Shown in pieces: positions 10,501 to 13,863 of a stretch of DNA of 13,863 nt. The DNA is from Candidatus Bipolaricaulia bacterium. GTDB lineage: Bacteria > Bipolaricaulota > Bipolaricaulia > RBG-16-55-9. The stretch is taken from the NCBI GenBank assembly GCA_042219045.1, contig JBDGQO010000102.1:2343-16205 (forward strand), read 5' to 3'. Below the pieces are notes generated by a model. The model was not told the DNA's origin, made no database searches, and worked only from the letters and a program-made list of their open reading frames with translations. A program made the position numbers and the translations under genes. How positions within the stretch are numbered: position 1 is the first letter of the stretch; the number at the start of each line of letters is the position of its first letter.

Positions 10501-12854
10501 CGGACGTCGACACCGCAAGCTCGAACCTGACGGTCACGGCGGCCAACCTGCCCAGCGGGGCCAACTTCACCGCCAACGGCGACGGCACGGGCACCGTCAC
10601 CTACACGCCGAGCTTCAACGTGGTCAGCCACCCGAGCTCGCCGCCGACCTCGCCCGTGACGTTCACCGATCCGCTGATCCGCTGCGACGACGGCTCCCTC
10701 AACGACTCGGAGGGCTTCCAGATCACCGTCAGCGACACCAACCGGGCCCCGTCGACGAGCGCCGACGCCTACAGCGTCGACGAGGACAACACCCTCAACG
10801 TCGACGCGGCATCGGGCGTGCTGGGCAACGACAGCGACGCCGACGGCGACAGCCTGAGCGTGAACACGAGTGCCAGCGACTCGAACAGCTCAGCAGGCGG
10901 CACGGTGACGCTGAGCGCCGACGGCAGCTTCAGCTACGAGCCGCCCGCCGACTTCAACGGGGCCGACAGCTTCAGCTACACCGTCGAGGACGGCTTCGGC
11001 GGGTCCGTGTCCGAAACCGTCGACATCACGGTGGACCCGGTCAACGACGCCCCGAGCTTCACCGCGGGCAGTGACCAGACCGTCGACGAGGACGCGGGGG
11101 CGCAAACGGTCAGCGGCTGGGCCACGGAGATCAGCGCCGGACCGTCCAATGAGTCTGGCCAGACCCTCACGTTCAACGTAAGCAACGACAACAACGCGCT
11201 GTTCAGCGCCCAACCGTCGATCGACGCGAGCGGGACGCTCAGCTACACGCCCGCTCCCGACGCCAACGGCAGCGCCACGGTGACGGCGTCGCTGAGCGAC
11301 GACGGCGGCACATCGAACGGCGGCAGCGACACCTCCGGCGACCAGACGTTCACGATCACGGTCAACCCCGTCAACGACGCGCCCACCGCGAGCAACGACA
11401 GCGCCACCACCGACGAGGACAACGACGTCACCATCGACGTCTTGAGCAACGATAGCGACATCGACGGATCGCTCGATCCCGCCAGCGTGACGGTCACCGG
11501 CGCCCCGACCGACGGCTCCACGACGGTCAACGGCGACGGGTCCATCACGTACTCGCCCGATCAGAACTTCAACGGCAGCGACGCGTTCAGTTACGAGGTC
11601 TGCGACGACGGCACGCCGACGCCGGCCAAGTGCGCGACCGCCGACGTCGACGTCACGGTCAACGCGGTCAATGACGCCCCAACGGCCTCGGACGACAGCG
11701 CGAGCACGGACGAGGACACGCCGGTCACCACCGCCAACGTGCTCGACAAGGACACGGACCCCGACGGCGACACGCTCAGCGTCAGCTCCGTCGACGACTC
11801 GTCAACCGTGGGGACCGTCACCGACAACGGCGACGGCACGTTCACCTACGACCCGAACGGGCAGTTTGAGACCCTCGCCCAGGGTGAGACCGCCACCGAC
11901 AGCTTTGGCTACACTGTGGTTGATGGCAACGGCGGCACGGATACCGCGACCGTGACGGTCACGATCAGCGGCGCGAACGACGCGCCTAGCTCAACCTCGA
12001 TTGCCGATCAGACGAACGCGGACGGCGATTCCGTCAGTCTGGACGTCTCCGCCAACTTCAGCGACGTCGACGGCTCGGATACGCTCAGCTACAGCGCCAG
12101 CGGGCTCCCCTCGGGCCTGAGCATCGACGCGTCAACGGGCGTCGTCAGCGGGACGCTCGCGAGCAGCGCCTCGCAGAACAGTCCCTACTCGGTGACGATT
12201 ACGGCCGATGACGGCAACGGCGGCAGCGCCTCGTCGAGCTTCGCCTGGACGGTCACCAACCCGGCGCCGACCGCCTCCGACGACAGCGCGAGCACGGACG
12301 AGGACACAGCGATCACCACCGCCAACGTGCTGGACAACGACTCCGACCCCGATGGCGACACGCTCAACATTAGCTCCTTCGATGACTCGAGCACGCAGGG
12401 GACCGTCACCGACAATGGCGACGGCACGTTCACCTACGACCCGAACGGGCAGTTCGAGGACCTGGCCCAGGGCGAGTCGGACACGGACAGCTTCAGCTAC
12501 ACGGTCCAGGACGCCGACGGCGCCACGGCCAGCGCCACGGTGACGATCACCGTCAATGGCGCCAACGACGCCCCGACCTCCACCGCCATCTCGGATCAGA
12601 CCAACACCGAGGGCGACTCGGTCAATCTCGACGTCTCCGGCAACTTCAGCGACCCGGACGGCTCCGACACGCTCAGCTACAGCGCCAGCGGGCTCCCATC
12701 CGGCTTGAGCATCGATGGGGCCACGGGCGTCATCAGCGGGACGATCGACAGCGGCGCGTCGCAGAACAGCCCGTTCTCGGTGACGATCACGGCCGAGGAC
12801 GGCAACGGCGGCAGCGCCTCGGAGACGTTCCAGTGGACCGTCAACAGCCCCTGA
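1326..12854 (+). CDS. Giant secreted adhesin-like protein: signal peptide, GEVED-type domain, ~36 tandem cadherin-like/Big_9 (tandem-95)/VCBS-like/He_PIG Ig-fold repeats. Interrupted by an in-frame TAG at 1551..1553; the uninterrupted ORF is 1581..12854
   Basis: ORFs 1182..1553 and 1581..12854 share a frame, with no other stop between them. MHRRLAIALLSVVLVASVGIAQ is a Sec-type signal peptide. ~95-105-aa repeats carry NDPP/NRAP, TDED, DxDGD, YTPxxDFNGxDSFxY motifs. Very Asp/Thr/Ser-rich. Ends at TGA 12852..12854. Confidence 0.88.
1413..2081 (+). other. GEVED-type N-terminal domain region
   Basis: Ordered motifs DYGDAP...FPTL...RH...FLG..V..E...DEDD...YLNVLVDWNHDG.W...WVRV...GETEDY resemble the DYGDAP / IDWNxDG / GEVEDY pattern of GEVED-domain surface proteins. 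Confidence 0.7.
2226..12851 (+). repeat. Array of ~36 degenerate ~295-nt coding repeats (Ig/cadherin-like domains)
   Basis: Manual count of domain-start motifs (NDPP, NRAP, NDAP and variants) gives 36 units. Asp-rich DxDxD motifs are typical of Ca2+ binding. Confidence 0.85.
11676..12851 (+). repeat. Tandem 588-nt (196-aa) duplication of a [VCBS-like + He_PIG] two-domain module
   Basis: Units start at 11676 and 12264 (APTASDDSASTDEDT). The second unit ends exactly at the stop codon. 11811..11870 and 12399..12458 match at 58/60 nt. Both contain YSASGLPSGLSID..TGV.SGT. Confidence 0.9.
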
Positions 12855-12883
12855 GCACGACGGTGCGACCTTGACGGTCCCCG

Positions 12884-12889
12884 TAGAAT
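12884..12889 (+). promoter_or_regulatory. Putative -10 element for a leaderless SDR transcript
   Basis: TAGAAT lies 6 nt before ATG 12896 and no SD is visible. Confidence 0.45.
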
Positions 12890-12895
12890 GCCAAC

Positions 12896-13819
12896 ATGTC
12901 GCTGGCCACTTGGTTGAAGGGGCCGGGCCCCAGCGGGTTCGGCCCTTGCTCAACCGCCGACGAGGTCACCCGCGGGCTCGACCTGAGCGATTGGACGGCC
13001 CTGGTCACCGGCTGCAACTCCGGGCTCGGCTTCGAGACGATGCGCGTGCTCGCCGAGCGCGGCGCGACGGTCCTGGGCACGGCCCGCACCGAAGCGAAAG
13101 CCCGGCACGCCTGCGAGTCCATCGACGGCGACGCCGTGCCGCTCGTCTGTGACCTGGCTGAGCCGGCATCCGTGCGGGGCTGCGTGGAGGCCGTGCGCGC
13201 TCACGGCCAGTCGTTGGATGCCATCATCGCCAACGCGGGCATCATGGCACTTCCCCAGCGCCAGCAGGCCTACGGCTACGAGCGGCAGTTCCTCACCAAC
13301 CACGTCGGTCACTTCATGCTCGTGACGGGCCTGCTGGATCGGTTGTCCGAGCATGGGCGCGTGGTCATGCTGAGCAGCTCGGCGCACGAGCGGGCCCCGG
13401 CCGAGGGCATCCGCTTCGACGACCTCTCCGGCGAGGGCACGTACGATCCCTGGACCGCCTATGGGCAGTCGAAGCTGGCCAATCTCCTCTTTGCGCGGGA
13501 GCTCGCCCGGCGGTTCGAAGGCACCTCCAACGTCGCGACCGCCGTCCATCCCGGCGTGATTCAGACCAACCTGGCACGGCACTTGAACCCCCTCTTGCAG
13601 CGGGTCCTGTCGGTTATACGCCCTGTCTTGTTGAAGTCCATTCCGCAGGGGGCAGCGACCCAAGTCTATGCCGCCGTCCATCCGGATGCAGCTAGGCTGA
13701 ACGGGGCCTACCTTGCCGACTGCAACGTCGCCGAGGCCAGCTCGCCCGCCCAAGACCCGGCGCTGGCCGAACGGCTCTGGGCCGCCACCGAGGAGATCGT
13801 GGCGGGCTTACCCGCTTAG
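12896..13819 (+). CDS. Short-chain dehydrogenase/reductase (retinol dehydrogenase/WWOX-like classical SDR)
   Basis: TGCNSGLG Rossmann motif, CDLA, NAGIM, TNHVGHF, LSSSAH, catalytic YGQSKLAN, HPGVIQT, QGAAT, LAERLW. Stop is TAG 13817..13819. Confidence 0.93.
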   Translation: MSLATWLKGPGPSGFGPCSTADEVTRGLDLSDWTALVTGCNSGLGFETMRVLAERGATVLGTARTEAKARHACESIDGDAVPLVCDLAEPASVRGCVEAVRAHGQSLDAIIANAGIMALPQRQQAYGYERQFLTNHVGHFMLVTGLLDRLSEHGRVVMLSSSAHERAPAEGIRFDDLSGEGTYDPWTAYGQSKLANLLFARELARRFEGTSNVATAVHPGVIQTNLARHLNPLLQRVLSVIRPVLLKSIPQGAATQVYAAVHPDAARLNGAYLADCNVAEASSPAQDPALAERLWAATEEIVAGLPA

Positions 13820-13863
13820 CGGCACCCACTCGACGCCGTACCAGCGCCGGATGGAGCTGACGA

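Noticed and set aside
2226..12851. Repeats as a CRISPR array, DGR template/variable repeat or mobile element
   Set aside because: The repeats are degenerate in-frame protein domains. There is no identical repeat-spacer pattern, no adenine-specific mismatch pattern noticed, and no RT, cas or transposase gene in the window.
12871..12876. TTGACG as the -35 for the SDR
   Set aside because: Only 7 nt from TAGAAT, which is incompatible with sigma70 spacing.
1098..12953. Long minus-strand ORFs (698, 1043, 494, 327, 273 aa etc.) and Arg-rich alternate-frame plus-strand ORFs
   Set aside because: Shadow ORFs caused by high GC and the GAC/GTC/ACC codon bias of the adhesin. They are V/R-rich, have no recognisable motifs and overlap a convincing gene.
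12950..13753. 267-aa minus-strand ORF
   Set aside because: Antisense shadow of the motif-complete SDR gene.
976..13819. Genome-wide TAG reassignment (alternative genetic code)
   Set aside because: The first gene and the SDR both end at TAG at plausible C-termini, and only one internal TAG occurs in about 4,500 codons.

Overview
GC-rich bacterial DNA with three + strand genes. (1) A probably 5'-truncated membrane protein with a bactofilin-like beta-helix (<1..978). (2) A ~350 nt intergenic region with a sigma70-like promoter and a well-formed c-di-GMP-I (GEMM) riboswitch (1184..1266), followed by a giant, acidic, Cys-containing adhesin-like gene. Its natural start (SD + ATG 1326, signal peptide) is in frame with the 3757-aa ORF but separated from it by one in-frame TAG (1551..1553) inside a GEVED-type N-terminal domain. 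The full reading frame (1326..12854, 3842 codons) has about 36 cadherin/Ig-like repeats, arranged largely as three ~2.7-2.9 kb super-repeats plus a terminal 588-nt duplication, and no recognisable C-terminal anchor. (3) A short-chain dehydrogenase/reductase (12896..13819), possibly leaderless. Most notable: a cyclic-dinucleotide riboswitch and an amber stop at codon 76, both ahead of the bulk of the same giant surface protein. All family assignments are by eye, not from database searches.
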